NCBI GenBank assembly: GCA_019828565.1
Contig: JAHDYR010000057.1
Location: 1-53,688, forward strand
Direction of reading: 5' to 3'
Length of the DNA stretch: 53,688 bases
Source of the DNA: Carpediemonas membranifera BICM
Lineage: Eukaryota > Protista > Fornicata
Shown here: one piece after another, positions 22,712 to 33,317 of the stretch
Layout: every line of letters begins with the position of its first letter
Numbering within the stretch: the stretch's first letter is position 1
The notes under the pieces: generated by a model
Told to the model about the DNA's origin: nothing
What the model saw: only the letters and a program-made list of their open reading frames with translations
Databases searched by the model: none
Made by a program: the position numbers and the translations under genes

Positions 22712-24404
22712 TTACTCCGAGTCATCATCGTGCACCCTAGGTCGCTGCACGATCATTTCCCCGCCCATCTTGATCAGAGTGACGAACGACACCACGGCCG
22801 TGGCGACGAGGACGTACGGGACAACCATGGGGATCTCCCCGCCCCCGCCGATGATGCGGTATGCGATCAGCCCGCCAAGGCCGCACAGCAGCCCGAATCC
22901 CATGGCGACCTTCAGCCCGCCATGGTCTGCCACGGCCGAGACGGCGCGGAGGTCGACCCCCATCGTCACGGCGAGATCCATCCTGTCCTGCCGGGCCCCG
23001 TCGAAGAAGTTGCCGAGGATGTACCGCTTGACAGACTTGACGCCGTCGCTCATGGCGCCCTTGCGTGTCCTCAGGCCGTTCCTGGTGAAGTCGTCCTTGA
23101 GGGCACCGGTGCCGGCGTACTGGGTGCTGATGGCGTTGCCGTTGTCCGTCCACATCGCCCGGAACATCTCCTGGAACGACTCCGACTCCAGCTCAGTCGA
23201 TTCAGTCATCATCTTGAGCATGTGCTTGGCGATCATCGTCTGCACGACGTTCGTCCGATCCAGGCAGTCCTTGCAGTTGACCTTGGGACACCCGCGCTGT
23301 GGCGACCCAACCCGCCCGACACCGTCCTCCTTGAGGGTGACGGAGAGCTGCTCGATGAGGCCCGAGATCTTGTGGTACTGCATACCCTTGCACTCGGTGT
23401 GGAAGTCATACTCGATAAATGGGTCACCGGCCTCTGCGGCTGACTCCTTGAACATGCCGGCCAACTCGGCCTCAGGTCCGTGCAGGTCGAGTAGGGAGAC
23501 GCTCGTGACCCGCCCGTACCGCTCTGAAAGCCACCTCATGTGCTTGCCATACACTGCACTTTGAATACCGGAGTCGGGGTGCAGTTTGATGAGGGGGGTG
23601 TACTTGAGGTTGACTGACTGCTTCCAGCGGAGGGGAATGGACCCTCTGAGCTGCAGAAACGACTGCGGTGGGGTTTCGGGGTCGGTGGATGCGACTATCA
23701 TCTCTGTCTCAACAAAGTTGGCGACGCTGCCGTGCTTGTCTGCTCCTCTGCGGTGGTACCTCGTGCCGACCCTAGAGGTGTGGCGACGTGAGATGAGGAA
23801 GACCTGGTGGTTTTCGGAGTACGCGGATCCAACAAAGCCGCGGATCATGCGGACGAAGAAGGCCGCGGCCTCGCCCAGGGGCAGAAAGGACTTGTTCCAC
23901 CGGAACAGGTCGCCCGCATCCTCCTCCGTGTCCGACAGCCTGCGGGTCATGTCATACGTCCTCGAGAAGTACAGGCCCTCGGCCTCGAGCTCGTCACGGA
24001 TGTGCCGCATGAGCGAGAGCTCAAGGTCGTACCCCTTCCGCTCAGCAGTCTTCGGCTGGTCGAGGGGAACGGCCCTGATGGTCGAGGGGGCATGCCACTC
24101 GTGCTGGTCGTGGAGGAAGCCAGACGTGCCGTCCAGGACGTAGAAGAGAATCGGCGTGGTGCGGAATTGCTTCACACCAACGAAGCCCAGGCACTTGGTA
24201 TGAAGAATTCTATCCTCGGGGGCGTTACGTGCATGCGACAGGGCCTCATCGAGGGAGTCTAGGTAAGGTCGGGGGCGTAGACATACCGTACGGGTCATAA
24301 TGGAGGTCACCGTCAAACCAGATGTGGAGGAACTTCTGTTCTGTAGGATGATTGATCACAGCACCCCTAGTGCCCTTCCAAAGCTCTGGTTCGACGGGTG
24401 CCAT
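22712..24404 (-). CDS. SAC1: SAC1 phosphoinositide phosphatase; intron 24259-24286
   Basis: ISRRHTSRVGTRYHRRG, ANFVETE, RGSIPLRW, catalytic NCKDCLDRTNVVQ, QYAGTGALK, two C-terminal TMs. A 28-nt GTATGT...CTAG intron links ATG 24404 in frame. Confidence 0.93.
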
Positions 24405-24575
24405 TTTTCCATGAGCGCAGGTTAAGGCTGTGGAGACAGCTGGACACTACCAGCCATCATATGATACCTAAGAGCGCAGTACTTCCCATCAATAACCCAG
24501 CCTTCTTGTATTTAGGCCGCAGGTTATGTCGCGCAGGTTAAGGTTAAGCCAAAACTTCGCGTCAGAAAACTCACG

Positions 24576-25040
24576 ATGGACGGGCTATCAACGGTAGAAA
24601 AGTTCAAAGAACAGCTTCTTGGAAGGTTGAAAGACAGTGGGGAGCTCGATCAGATAATGGCGAACCTCAGACGCGCCTGTTTCCAAGCTACAAGGCCAGA
24701 TGCTCCCAAACAGCCCCCAAAGACCTCTCCAGAGACATATGTGATGTGCCAGCTAGTCAAGGAGTTCCTTGAATCATGCGGAATGTGGGCTTCTTCTTCA
24801 GTTTTCGAAGCCGAGGCTGGCCTAGACGGCTACCAGCGCCTCTCCCGCGACGCCCTCATCGCAGACATCGGCCTCGACCCGGCGACGACGCCCTCCGACA
24901 TTCCGCTTCTCTACGAGGTCCTCCGTCAAGCCCGTTCGAAGCACACCCGGTCCCAACCCAGCCAGCCCAGCCGGCAGTCAGGAGACAGGGAGCGCCACGA
25001 GAGGCCCGCGACAGACATCAGACTCGGCATCCCGTATTAG
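24576..25040 (+). CDS. LisH/FOP-domain centriolar protein (FOR20/FOPNL/CEP20-like)
   Basis: L.DSGELDQI.ANLR, LisH-like LVKEFLESCGMWASSSVFEAEAG, and PLLY motif. Confidence 0.85.
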   Translation: MDGLSTVEKFKEQLLGRLKDSGELDQIMANLRRACFQATRPDAPKQPPKTSPETYVMCQLVKEFLESCGMWASSSVFEAEAGLDGYQRLSRDALIADIGLDPATTPSDIPLLYEVLRQARSKHTRSQPSQPSRQSGDRERHERPATDIRLGIPY

Positions 25041-25365
25041 CGTTGTGGATTATAAATATTAATTATAAATATTAATTAATGTTGAGCAGTATTGGGGTGC
25101 GAGCCGTGTGGCCAGGAGAATGATGACAGCCGCGGTCCGCTGTTCCGTCAGCAGTTGTGAATCGGCAGTGCTGAATCGGCATCGCCTTACCATCAACAAC
25201 ACGACAGCCTACAGTGGCAGTTTCGACACAGATCCGAGCAAACTGTAGAATAAATCACCGACTCGATCTAGACCACTGGTGCCCCAGGCTGGCTCTGCCG
25301 CGGGGTCAACAGTCCGAGGGCTATCGTGCGAATTTCACCGTCACGACAATCAACCAATAATACTC

Positions 25366-26277
25366 ATGGGCTGCGGAGGAAGCAAAGCAGACATCAAATC
25401 AGACACAAAACTTGGCAGCCAGCTCGGTATCATCATTTCTGGCGCCCCGGCTTCAGGCAAAGGCACGCAGTGCGAAATGATCGTGAAGCAGTACGGCGTC
25501 GTTCATATTTCAACTGGTGACATCCTGAGACAGCACATCAAGGACAACACAGAGCTTGGGAAGCAGGCAAAGAAGTACATTGAGGACGGGCACCTTGTTC
25601 CCGACGAGCTGATCATCAACCTCGTCAAGGCCCGCGTCAGCGAGAAAGACTGCAGGGAACGGGGCTGGCTCCTCGACGGGTTCCCCCGCACGCGTGCTCA
25701 GGCGGACGCGATCATCCAGGCGGGCGTGGTTCCCAACAAGTTTGTGTACCTTTCGGTGCACGACGACGTCCTCATCGAGCGTGTTGTCGGCCGCCGTCTC
25801 GACCCCGAGACCGGACACATTTACCACCTCAAGTTCAACCCCCCGCCGCCTGAGATCGAGGACCGTCTGGTGCACCGGCCCGACGATACGGAGGAGGCGG
25901 CGAGGACAAGGCTGGCGGAGTTCCACAAGAACAACAACGAGATCCTCGCGGCATACGACGATGTCATCCACAAGTTTAACGGCGCCAAGCCCTCTGAGGA
26001 GATCGCCTACGAGATCACGAAGTACCTTGACGACCCGATGTCCGAGCGGTACTGGTACGACTCTGTCATTGGCACCCCGGCCGCCGCCACGCCCACTGGT
26101 GGCTCCTGCCTCGACATCCCCGGTCTTGTCGACAAGGAGGGCGTGACCAATGATAACGATAACGAGGCAAAGGTCGAGGCGGACGTTGAGGTCGAGAAAC
26201 AGGGTGAGTGGAAGGAGGCCGAGAAGGACGAGGACGAGGAGGTCACGATGGAGACGGTGCCCTCGGGGCAGGAGTAA
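25366..26277 (+). CDS. Adenylate kinase with N-terminal dual-acylation motif and acidic tail
   Basis: GAPASGKGTQC, HISTGDILR, GWLLDGFPRT, GRRLDPETG; MGCGGSK start at ATG 25366. Confidence 0.95.
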   Translation: MGCGGSKADIKSDTKLGSQLGIIISGAPASGKGTQCEMIVKQYGVVHISTGDILRQHIKDNTELGKQAKKYIEDGHLVPDELIINLVKARVSEKDCRERGWLLDGFPRTRAQADAIIQAGVVPNKFVYLSVHDDVLIERVVGRRLDPETGHIYHLKFNPPPPEIEDRLVHRPDDTEEAARTRLAEFHKNNNEILAAYDDVIHKFNGAKPSEEIAYEITKYLDDPMSERYWYDSVIGTPAAATPTGGSCLDIPGLVDKEGVTNDNDNEAKVEADVEVEKQGEWKEAEKDEDEEVTMETVPSGQE

Positions 26278-26322
26278 ACGATGGGGTTCGGCTGGTGGTT
26301 GTGTTGAAGCTATATCGGGTAG

Positions 26323-26441
26323 AGCACGACGTCGATTGACTCCGAGCACCAGGCGTTCCCAGTTCCACGCCACAAGGTTGACGTAGAAGTCGTCGAGGAG
26401 GCTGAAGCTTTGGTCGAGTGGCTCGAGGTTCGAGAATGGCC
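26323..26441 (-). pseudogene. Inverted ~120-bp fragment copied from the Cdc20-like gene (6904-7029)
   Basis: Reverse complement reads …AAGCTTCAGCCTCCTCGACGACTTCTACGTCAACCTTGTGGCGTGGAACTGGGAACGCC…, near-identical to 6940-7029. Confidence 0.92.
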
Positions 26442-26498
26442 AGAAATAGCTGGTCCGTTCATAAAAATAGCATGCCACCGAGCCCCATGCCAGTTATT

Positions 26499-27749
26499 TT
26501 AAACAATGTCATCTGCCTCGTCCTCCCGTGGGGTGCCCTCGTCGCTTGAAGACACATCGCCCTCCTTCACCACCAGGTCCACCATCGTGTCCGATTGACC
26601 TAGCACGCCGTAGTCGCCGTCGGCAACGCTGCGACGAACAGTCTCGGCTAAAAGCGCCTTGCGTTCCTCGCTAAAATCGTCTGGGCGAGCGTCATATAGC
26701 GCCTGCAGGTCCTCAAGGGCCTTGCCCCACGAGATCTTGCCGTCACAGTAGTCCTGATATATCAGCTTCTCCAGGACGTTTGTCTCCGTCGTTTGGAGCT
26801 CGATGTCGTGTGTCTCTGCATAGGAGACCATCGCACGCCGCACACCTTCGGCGAACAGACGGGCGTCCGCCTTCTCCGCGTCAGTCGGGTAGTACACGGG
26901 TAGATAGTGCAGGTGCGCGTGGTTGACCACCTGGGTCTGACAGCGCCACAGGGAAAGGCTGATCGTGCAGGTGTCCCACGCGACATTGCACCGCTTGTGC
27001 GGGTAGTGGAGCAGCACAGGCTGGACAGGCATGCCGAGGCGGAAGATGCCGGGGCGGAAGGGCATGAGCCACTTGCCGTTGGTGGTCGAGCCCTCCGGGA
27101 ACAGCGTGGGGCTGGGGGCGTTGTGGTCGAAGCAGCGGTTCCGCAGCTGGTCCTGTGTTGCAGTCCTGGAGTCAGCAGCCTTTCTTTTGACCAGGACGAC
27201 CTGCCAGAGCGCGGCAAACGTGCGGATGATGGGAGCCTTGGCCAGCCCGGCCTTGGCGACGAAGGCGTGGTGGCCCTGCATGGCGAGGATGACGATGTCA
27301 ACGTACGAGGTGTGGTTGGAGATGACGGGGGGCTCCCAACCATCATCAAGCTGGGGTGAGTACTTGCCAAAGATCTTCGTCTTGATGCCGCACCAGCGAA
27401 GAGCAGTGCGACAGCCAATGCGCATCTCACGGCGCATGAGACACATGCGCCAGTCATTCCGGGGCGGCATGGGCTTCCCTGATGCCCACGCGACGTTGAA
27501 GAAGACGATGGCGGCGTAGAGACGATAAAATATCATAATGACCAAAAGACCGCCAAGTCGGACAAAAGGAAGCCACCATCCAAGCAAAATGACCTTCAAA
27601 GTCTCGTAGATAGAAAACCTAGGCCCCAGAGGGCCCTCATAGTGCATCACGGAGCTGAAGAGGAGAGCACGAACGTCGGAAGAGGGTGCACGGAGCGGAG
27701 GCGGGCCTTTGGGTGTTCTATAAGCTCGTAGTAATATATCTCCAACCAT
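26499..27749 (-). CDS. Lysophospholipid acyltransferase (LPCAT/LPEAT family)
   Basis: SNHTSYVD (HxxxxD), LFPEGSTTNG, F.PG.F…PVQPV.L.YP; start taken at ATG 27749. Confidence 0.92.
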   Translation of the reverse strand: MVGDILLRAYRTPKGPPPLRAPSSDVRALLFSSVMHYEGPLGPRFSIYETLKVILLGWWLPFVRLGGLLVIMIFYRLYAAIVFFNVAWASGKPMPPRNDWRMCLMRREMRIGCRTALRWCGIKTKIFGKYSPQLDDGWEPPVISNHTSYVDIVILAMQGHHAFVAKAGLAKAPIIRTFAALWQVVLVKRKAADSRTATQDQLRNRCFDHNAPSPTLFPEGSTTNGKWLMPFRPGIFRLGMPVQPVLLHYPHKRCNVAWDTCTISLSLWRCQTQVVNHAHLHYLPVYYPTDAEKADARLFAEGVRRAMVSYAETHDIELQTTETNVLEKLIYQDYCDGKISWGKALEDLQALYDARPDDFSEERKALLAETVRRSVADGDYGVLGQSDTMVDLVVKEGDVSSSDEGTPREDEADDIV

Positions 27750-28099
27750 GGGCGGAGTATTCTCCCAGCCAGGGAAGACTGATCGGCGAAAACTTTTTCT
27801 CACTTCGGGATCACCTCCCAATTGAGAGCTTCCGTGATCTCGTGCATGAATATTGCCTTGGGTCAGCCAGCACCGTTTCCTCTTTTTTGGCGTTTTGTAA
27901 GTTCTCGATGGTCTCACCGATATCGGAAAAAGAATTCGATTTCGAATGATCAAAGCCGAGACTGACGATGCATGGGGCGCTTTTGGCTACCATTATGTGA
28001 GTTAGCGAGCTCCAGATCTTGTGAATAGGCCAGCTTTGTCCATGTGCCAAATCCGACAAAACCACACCACGTCGTCAAGTCGTTCCCAGCGCTTTTACA

Positions 28100-29332
28100 A
28101 TGGTTGGAGAATGCATATTCCTAGCAGTTGGACAATGTGGAAATCAGCTGTGCTGGGACTTCTTCGATACTATCGCCACAGAGCATGATTTGCTCAAAAA
28201 GCCTCACGGCTACGGCCTCTCGCAGTTCTTCAGCGAATACACTGACATAACCGATAACAAGACACATTACCGCGCCCGTTGTCTGATGATGGACACCGAA
28301 GAGGGCGTACTGAACACGCTCCGCCGCACCCACCGGATCCGGGGCCTCTTCCAGCCCGAGTTCATGGTCTCCGACGTCTCTGGAACCGGCAACAACTGGG
28401 CCCGGGGGTACTATGAGTTTGGGGACAAGTTCAATCATCACATCGAGGACCGGACGAGGAAGATCATGGAGGGGTGCGAGTCCGCCCACGCCTTCGTCAT
28501 GACCCACAGTATGTCGGGCGGGTCTGGCTCTGGTCTCGGGTCCTATCTGCTGGAGATGCTGCATGACCTGTACCCCGCCCAGAAGCGGGTGACGCTAACC
28601 ATGGCGCCCAGTGCAGAGACAGACGACGTCATCACCGCGCCTTACAACTCAATAATGACCGCAAATGCAATCGTACAGCACGCAGACCTGACTCTTGTTG
28701 GTGATAACCAATCTCTTTCCGATCAAATCACCCAGGGTGACTCGAAGGCCAAACTCTCGAACTTCTCCTCCTTGAACTCAGCTGCCATTCGCCCCTTAGT
28801 CAACCTCACAGCCCCGCAGCGGCTCGGCGGGTCGGCCCCGGTCACCCTGCCCGGCTTGATTTACGACATATGCCCCCGCCTGCACATGCCCTTTGTGACC
28901 CACGCCACGATCGGGGCAGCAGACGGGTCATCCATCGCCAAGGTCTTCCGGCCCAAGAAATGGTCTCTCGCATCGTACCACGACGATGAGACGCCCTCTG
29001 TGTTCTCCGGCTCGCTGTTCTCTCGTGGTGACATGCCCTCGGCAGATTCGGTCAGGACCGCAATGGAAAAGATTCGAAGCACCAGATTCACTTCAGATTT
29101 AATGAGATACGGTCTGTCTAGATACGATTCGCCCGGCCTCCACGAGACCACCGCGATCTTTGGATCAGATCTAGTGGCTAACATGCTCGACACGGGCATT
29201 CTATCCAAGTTTGACAAGATGTACAAGGCCAAAGCCAGCGTCCACCTCTACACTCAGGCGGGTATGGAGTCAGCGCAGTTTATGGCAGCTCGGGATATTG
29301 TTGCCACGTGCGGGGCGGCATACAGGGAGTGA
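28100..29332 (+). CDS. Epsilon-tubulin (divergent)
   Basis: VGQCGNQ, RARCLMMDTEEGVL, SDVSGTGNNWARG, HSMSGGSGSGLG and DDVITAPYNS are epsilon-type motifs. Confidence 0.82.
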   Translation: MVGECIFLAVGQCGNQLCWDFFDTIATEHDLLKKPHGYGLSQFFSEYTDITDNKTHYRARCLMMDTEEGVLNTLRRTHRIRGLFQPEFMVSDVSGTGNNWARGYYEFGDKFNHHIEDRTRKIMEGCESAHAFVMTHSMSGGSGSGLGSYLLEMLHDLYPAQKRVTLTMAPSAETDDVITAPYNSIMTANAIVQHADLTLVGDNQSLSDQITQGDSKAKLSNFSSLNSAAIRPLVNLTAPQRLGGSAPVTLPGLIYDICPRLHMPFVTHATIGAADGSSIAKVFRPKKWSLASYHDDETPSVFSGSLFSRGDMPSADSVRTAMEKIRSTRFTSDLMRYGLSRYDSPGLHETTAIFGSDLVANMLDTGILSKFDKMYKAKASVHLYTQAGMESAQFMAARDIVATCGAAYRE

Positions 29333-29390
29333 GTCTGAGAGTAAAGTTTACCGCGCCAGCCCTGGAATAGCACCATTCAGCAGTGCCATC

Positions 29391-30695
29391 TCACTCGACG
29401 CCCGTCTTGCTCCAGGGATAGCCCCGTTGCCGCTTCTCCCGCTCGTATTCGGCCACCACTGCGCCTACAAGACCCGTCTTGAAGTTCTCCCACTCTACGA
29501 CCTTGTTGTAAGTCGCCTGGATGTCAGCGAGGGTTGGATACTTGCGGGCGGCCGCGTTGAACTTCAGGACGGCCTCCTTTGTGATCTGTCGCATGAAGTC
29601 CGACCTGGGCAGGCAGATCAGCTGGGTGCTCTCGAGGCAGACGATTGTGGCCTGTCGGGGGGAGCCGGTGAGCACGGCGAGCTCCCCGAAGTATGACTCG
29701 GGGCCCAGTCGGTAGAGCTCGAAGTGCCGCTCGGGCAGGGTCTTGTTGGCATCCTTCTTGCCAGCTGGCTTGACCTTCTTGAGAACCGCGACGTTACCCG
29801 AGACAATGAAGAACACGTGCGATGCCTTTGGATCGCCCTCCTTGCATATCACGTGGCCCGTGTTGAACTGCTTCGTGGCAGAGACGTCCGTCAGCCTGCG
29901 GAGGGTCTCGTCCGGCAACGAGGACAGCACTGGGTGTTTCCTGAGGAACGTGAACCGTGTGAACTGCTTCCTCTTCTCCACGGTGAGCAAGATCCTCGTG
30001 TAGTCCGCCCGTCTCAGCGTGGCGCACTCCATGTCCTCGACACACAGGATGGACGCCGCCCTCGGCTTGTTCGACAGTAGGGCCAGCTCCCCGAACTGGT
30101 CGCCCTTGGTGAGTGTTGCTCTGACAGCCCCGTTGACGATGACGTTAGCCGATCCTTTCAGGATGATGAAGAAGGTGTCGCCCTCGTCCCCTTGGTGGAA
30201 TACGTACTTACCCTTCTTCAGCGCCTTATAGTTGCACTGCCGTGCGAATGCCGGGGTGATGTCCTTTGCCTGGTGGAAGAAGGCGAGGGACCCTATCATC
30301 TCAGCAACGGCCCGGATGTCTGACGGAGTACGGTCGTCGGGCCGTTTAGTCTGGACTATGTCTCGTAACATGCGGAGAGACGCCTTGTTCCAGATGGAGA
30401 GCCCCTGAGAGGCGGCGATGTCCGTGTACTCGGCACGGATGCTCGACTTTGGCTGGGAGCTGTCCGCGGTTCTCTCGGCATGCTGCTCATACGTGCTGAG
30501 GAACTCAAAAAGTCGCTCATGAGTGTCCATACGAGATGTGGCGGTGGGTACTTCCACCTCGTCGACGCTTTCAGCGTCACTATCGCCTCCGGCCGCGTCG
30601 TCCTCAGTCTTCGCGAGATCGGGGTACAGCTCGTTTAAACTATCGAGCGTCAGCTGTTCAAGGCGCTGCTGAAGTGTCGACGCTCGTTCCGTCAT
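29391..30695 (-). CDS. Protein with two cyclic-nucleotide-binding domains
   Basis: QGDEGDTFFIILKG…FGELALL..KPRAASI, then a second EGD…YFGELAVL..SPRQATI. Confidence 0.9.
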   Translation of the reverse strand: MTERASTLQQRLEQLTLDSLNELYPDLAKTEDDAAGGDSDAESVDEVEVPTATSRMDTHERLFEFLSTYEQHAERTADSSQPKSSIRAEYTDIAASQGLSIWNKASLRMLRDIVQTKRPDDRTPSDIRAVAEMIGSLAFFHQAKDITPAFARQCNYKALKKGKYVFHQGDEGDTFFIILKGSANVIVNGAVRATLTKGDQFGELALLSNKPRAASILCVEDMECATLRRADYTRILLTVEKRKQFTRFTFLRKHPVLSSLPDETLRRLTDVSATKQFNTGHVICKEGDPKASHVFFIVSGNVAVLKKVKPAGKKDANKTLPERHFELYRLGPESYFGELAVLTGSPRQATIVCLESTQLICLPRSDFMRQITKEAVLKFNAAARKYPTLADIQATYNKVVEWENFKTGLVGAVVAEYEREKRQRGYPWSKTGVE

Positions 30696-30969
30696 TTGCT
30701 TTGGTCGTTATATGTGAAATCGGAGGGCAGTCTTGGGTGCCGTGCAGCTGATCGTACATGCTCGCCTGTGAGTGGGTGGAGCCCGGTGTAGTGAGTCTAT
30801 CCATGCTGTTTGTCGAAGATCTTGAGACCCAGGATGAAATCAATGAAGCTTCACAGTGGACATATGGTAGCTGCGCACCTCATTTGCTCAACATTCACGG
30901 CCAATACACCTCCTACAGACCCACCACATTTTCATTCCGCAGTTTTTCGAGCAAAACCAGCGCAAACCC

Positions 30970-31962
30970 ATGTCTGAGCTTTTCCAAATCTCTGAGGACC
31001 AGAACTCCATCGACAAGCTTATTGAGCTTCTTACTGGCGACGACTCTTCCGCTCGCGGCTTCGCTCTCAACATGCTCACTACGATGCGCGATCATCCCGA
31101 TTTCAAGAAGGCTGACCAGATGGATCGCTGTATTTCCGCTGCTTTTGACCTCATTGAGAAGGACGAGGAAGTTCCCACCAACGAGATCACCGATGTCATG
31201 CGCTTCCTCGTTGAGTTTGCCGCCAGACGCGAGCTCGACGGCTACCGTTCCGGCCCCATGCTTGAGCGCTTCTTCCCCATCCTGAAGAGCTTCGCCCCCA
31301 TCCCCGAGGAAGGTGACGAGACCTCCACCGCCCAGCGCTACAACTGGAAGCAGCTCGAGGTGGCCCTCTTCATCGTCCACCTCCTCGGCGCCAAGGCCGT
31401 CTCGACATTCAACACCCTCTGCGGTGGCTCCGAGTCTTTCTCCGGCCAGCCTGGCGAGATGGAGGAGGCCGAGAAGCAGGCTGCGGAGCTCAAGGCCTGG
31501 ATGCAACCTATCGTCGACACGGCCGTCGAGTACATCGAGCAGATCCAGCTCGCTGGCAAGAAGTTCCAGGCGCAGGCCCGTGTGGCTGCCGCGCAGTATG
31601 ACCTCGACAAGATCATTGCCGCCGAGGCCGGTGAGGAGGAGCCCGCTCCTCCCGCCGAGCTCGAGGAGATCAAAAAGAAGAAGGAGGCCATGGACCAGGC
31701 CCGGAGCGCTGTCAGCAACGTCATTGCCCTCGCGAATGCCATTCTCGGCTCTGAGAAGCACAAGGGCCCCCGCGTCTACAGGGACCTCAAGAAGCCCAGC
31801 TGGCGGAAGCCGTTCCCTGCAATGATGCCCAGACAGAAGAAGGAGGAGAAGAAGGGCGATAAGAAGCCCGTGAAGAGGGCCGGCGCCCAGGCCCAGACCC
31901 CCAAGGCTGAAGGCGAGAAGAAGGCGCGGGCCGGGAAGAGAGGCCGCGGCAAGAAGGAGTAA
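30970..31962 (+). CDS. Helical protein with basic C-terminus, possibly API5-like
   Basis: 330-aa ORF with strong codon bias; WKQLEVALFIVHLLGAK and PSWRK weakly recall apoptosis inhibitor 5. Confidence 0.5.
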   Translation: MSELFQISEDQNSIDKLIELLTGDDSSARGFALNMLTTMRDHPDFKKADQMDRCISAAFDLIEKDEEVPTNEITDVMRFLVEFAARRELDGYRSGPMLERFFPILKSFAPIPEEGDETSTAQRYNWKQLEVALFIVHLLGAKAVSTFNTLCGGSESFSGQPGEMEEAEKQAAELKAWMQPIVDTAVEYIEQIQLAGKKFQAQARVAAAQYDLDKIIAAEAGEEEPAPPAELEEIKKKKEAMDQARSAVSNVIALANAILGSEKHKGPRVYRDLKKPSWRKPFPAMMPRQKKEEKKGDKKPVKRAGAQAQTPKAEGEKKARAGKRGRGKKE

Positions 31963-32275
31963 GGTAAACATAGGAGGAATCTCGATTAGGGTGGTGGTAG
32001 CTGCCTGCTGCTACCTCGTGGTGTTTGAGGGAAACGCAGATTAGTGCCGTTCGTTGTGTGCTATTGAAGGGTCGAACAATGTGTTTATACTGCGCAACAC
32101 TGCCCTGTCTCCCTCCTACTCACGTCTTAAGTCGGTAGGGAGATCGTCTTCTCCAGGGCTTCCACAAAGCGTCTTCTTCGTGGACGTCAGCGCAGCTGCA
32201 AACATCACAATCGCACACGTCGTCTCATTGTCTTCTATTCCACATTAAATTCACTTCTTGGACAACCCCAGGTCA

Positions 32276-32470
32276 ATGGGCCGTCTGCTCAGCCTGAGCA
32301 CCGATGGGGTCTGTGTGGCGGTGACGGTTAAGCGAGGCGGCCACTATCGACCACAACATGATGCGAGCATGCCTGTTCGAAAGCGAGCGAGGGGGCGGGA
32401 GAAAGAGCGCCCCCGACTCGGGACCAATAATGCCGATGCTCCGCCCGCGCCGGATCCTGATGCCCACCTC
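32276..32470 (+). pseudogene. Fanzor (TnpB-like) nuclease, N-terminal remnant left of the LTR insertion
   Basis: SLSTDGVCVAV matches the Fanzor1-type 'TDG.sv.v' motif; ends …PDAHL at the CCTC TSD and rejoins 38516 in frame. Confidence 0.8.
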
Positions 32471-32579
32471 TGTGCCTCGCTAATGCGGAGAATGCTTTTA
32501 TATGGAAAGAAGAGAAAACCCTTGTGCCAATAAATGGCTTAAACTGTATAAATGATTAGTGTGGTCTATGACCACCACA
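32471..32579 (-). repeat. 3' LTR of element A (109 bp)
   Basis: Direct repeat of 38400-38511. Confidence 0.95.
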
Positions 32580-33317
32580 CTGCCCCTCCATGCCTGGGTA
32601 ATAGGCATGACACTCAACGAGTTACGGGGGTTAGGTTGGCCTAGGGTCATCCGTGTTATAGTTTGGTGCCACCCAAGCTATGCAACGGTCTACTCCATTG
32701 GCAGTGGAGTGGGCAACGCCCGACCCGCGGTCTTCCGATACGGAATTATGGTATCACCAACGGTGACATGGGAATAAAACCCGACAGCTGTATATGATAA
32801 CGTGGATCCACTGTGTAAGCAATTGCTATGTTACGTGTTAAGATGGTCTTACCAGGGCTTCGCCGCCCTCATGAACCGCATATAGGGTCCGAACTTACCG
32901 ACGTCAATGACAGTCAAACGGACGGCTAGGGTTCGCCCGTATTCATAGAGGCTTATCCCTGCCCCTCCACGGCCTCATATGGCCGTGTTTCGAAAATTAT
33001 TACATGTTACGTAGGCTTCTAACGTAATTCGGGGGTTGATCTTGGCGTCTTCGTCAATAACACGAAGTACTGTACAATTTGCGCTAAAACTTACGTAGAC
33101 GCCGAAAAAGGCATTAATCGGCTCCGAAACGCCTTCGTTGGCGAGTTCTGGGCCTTTCTTTTTTCTTGGCGAGAACGTACTTCAATAACAACATCAGCTG
33201 GCTTCTGATGAAGCTAATAGGCTACAGCACTTGGTAAATAGATGAATTAGCTTGATTTGGCGTTCTATTATTGCTCTAGGTTTCGTCCTTGAGCCGATCG
33301 TTCCAAAAGTGCAGGAT

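Noticed and set aside
25051-25080. AT-only tandem/palindromic tract after FOR20
   Set aside because: Two copies of a 13-mer in a 3' UTR; ordinary slippage near a polyadenylation signal.
25510-26478. 322-aa minus-strand ORF beginning with Cdc20-like residues
   Set aside because: Only ~35 codons derive from the inserted Cdc20 fragment; the rest is the antisense shadow of adenylate kinase.
32092-32115. Putative guides matching element A LTR (ACACTGCCC here; ATTTATACA near 39400)
   Set aside because: Only 9-nt matches, expected by chance in 54 kb.
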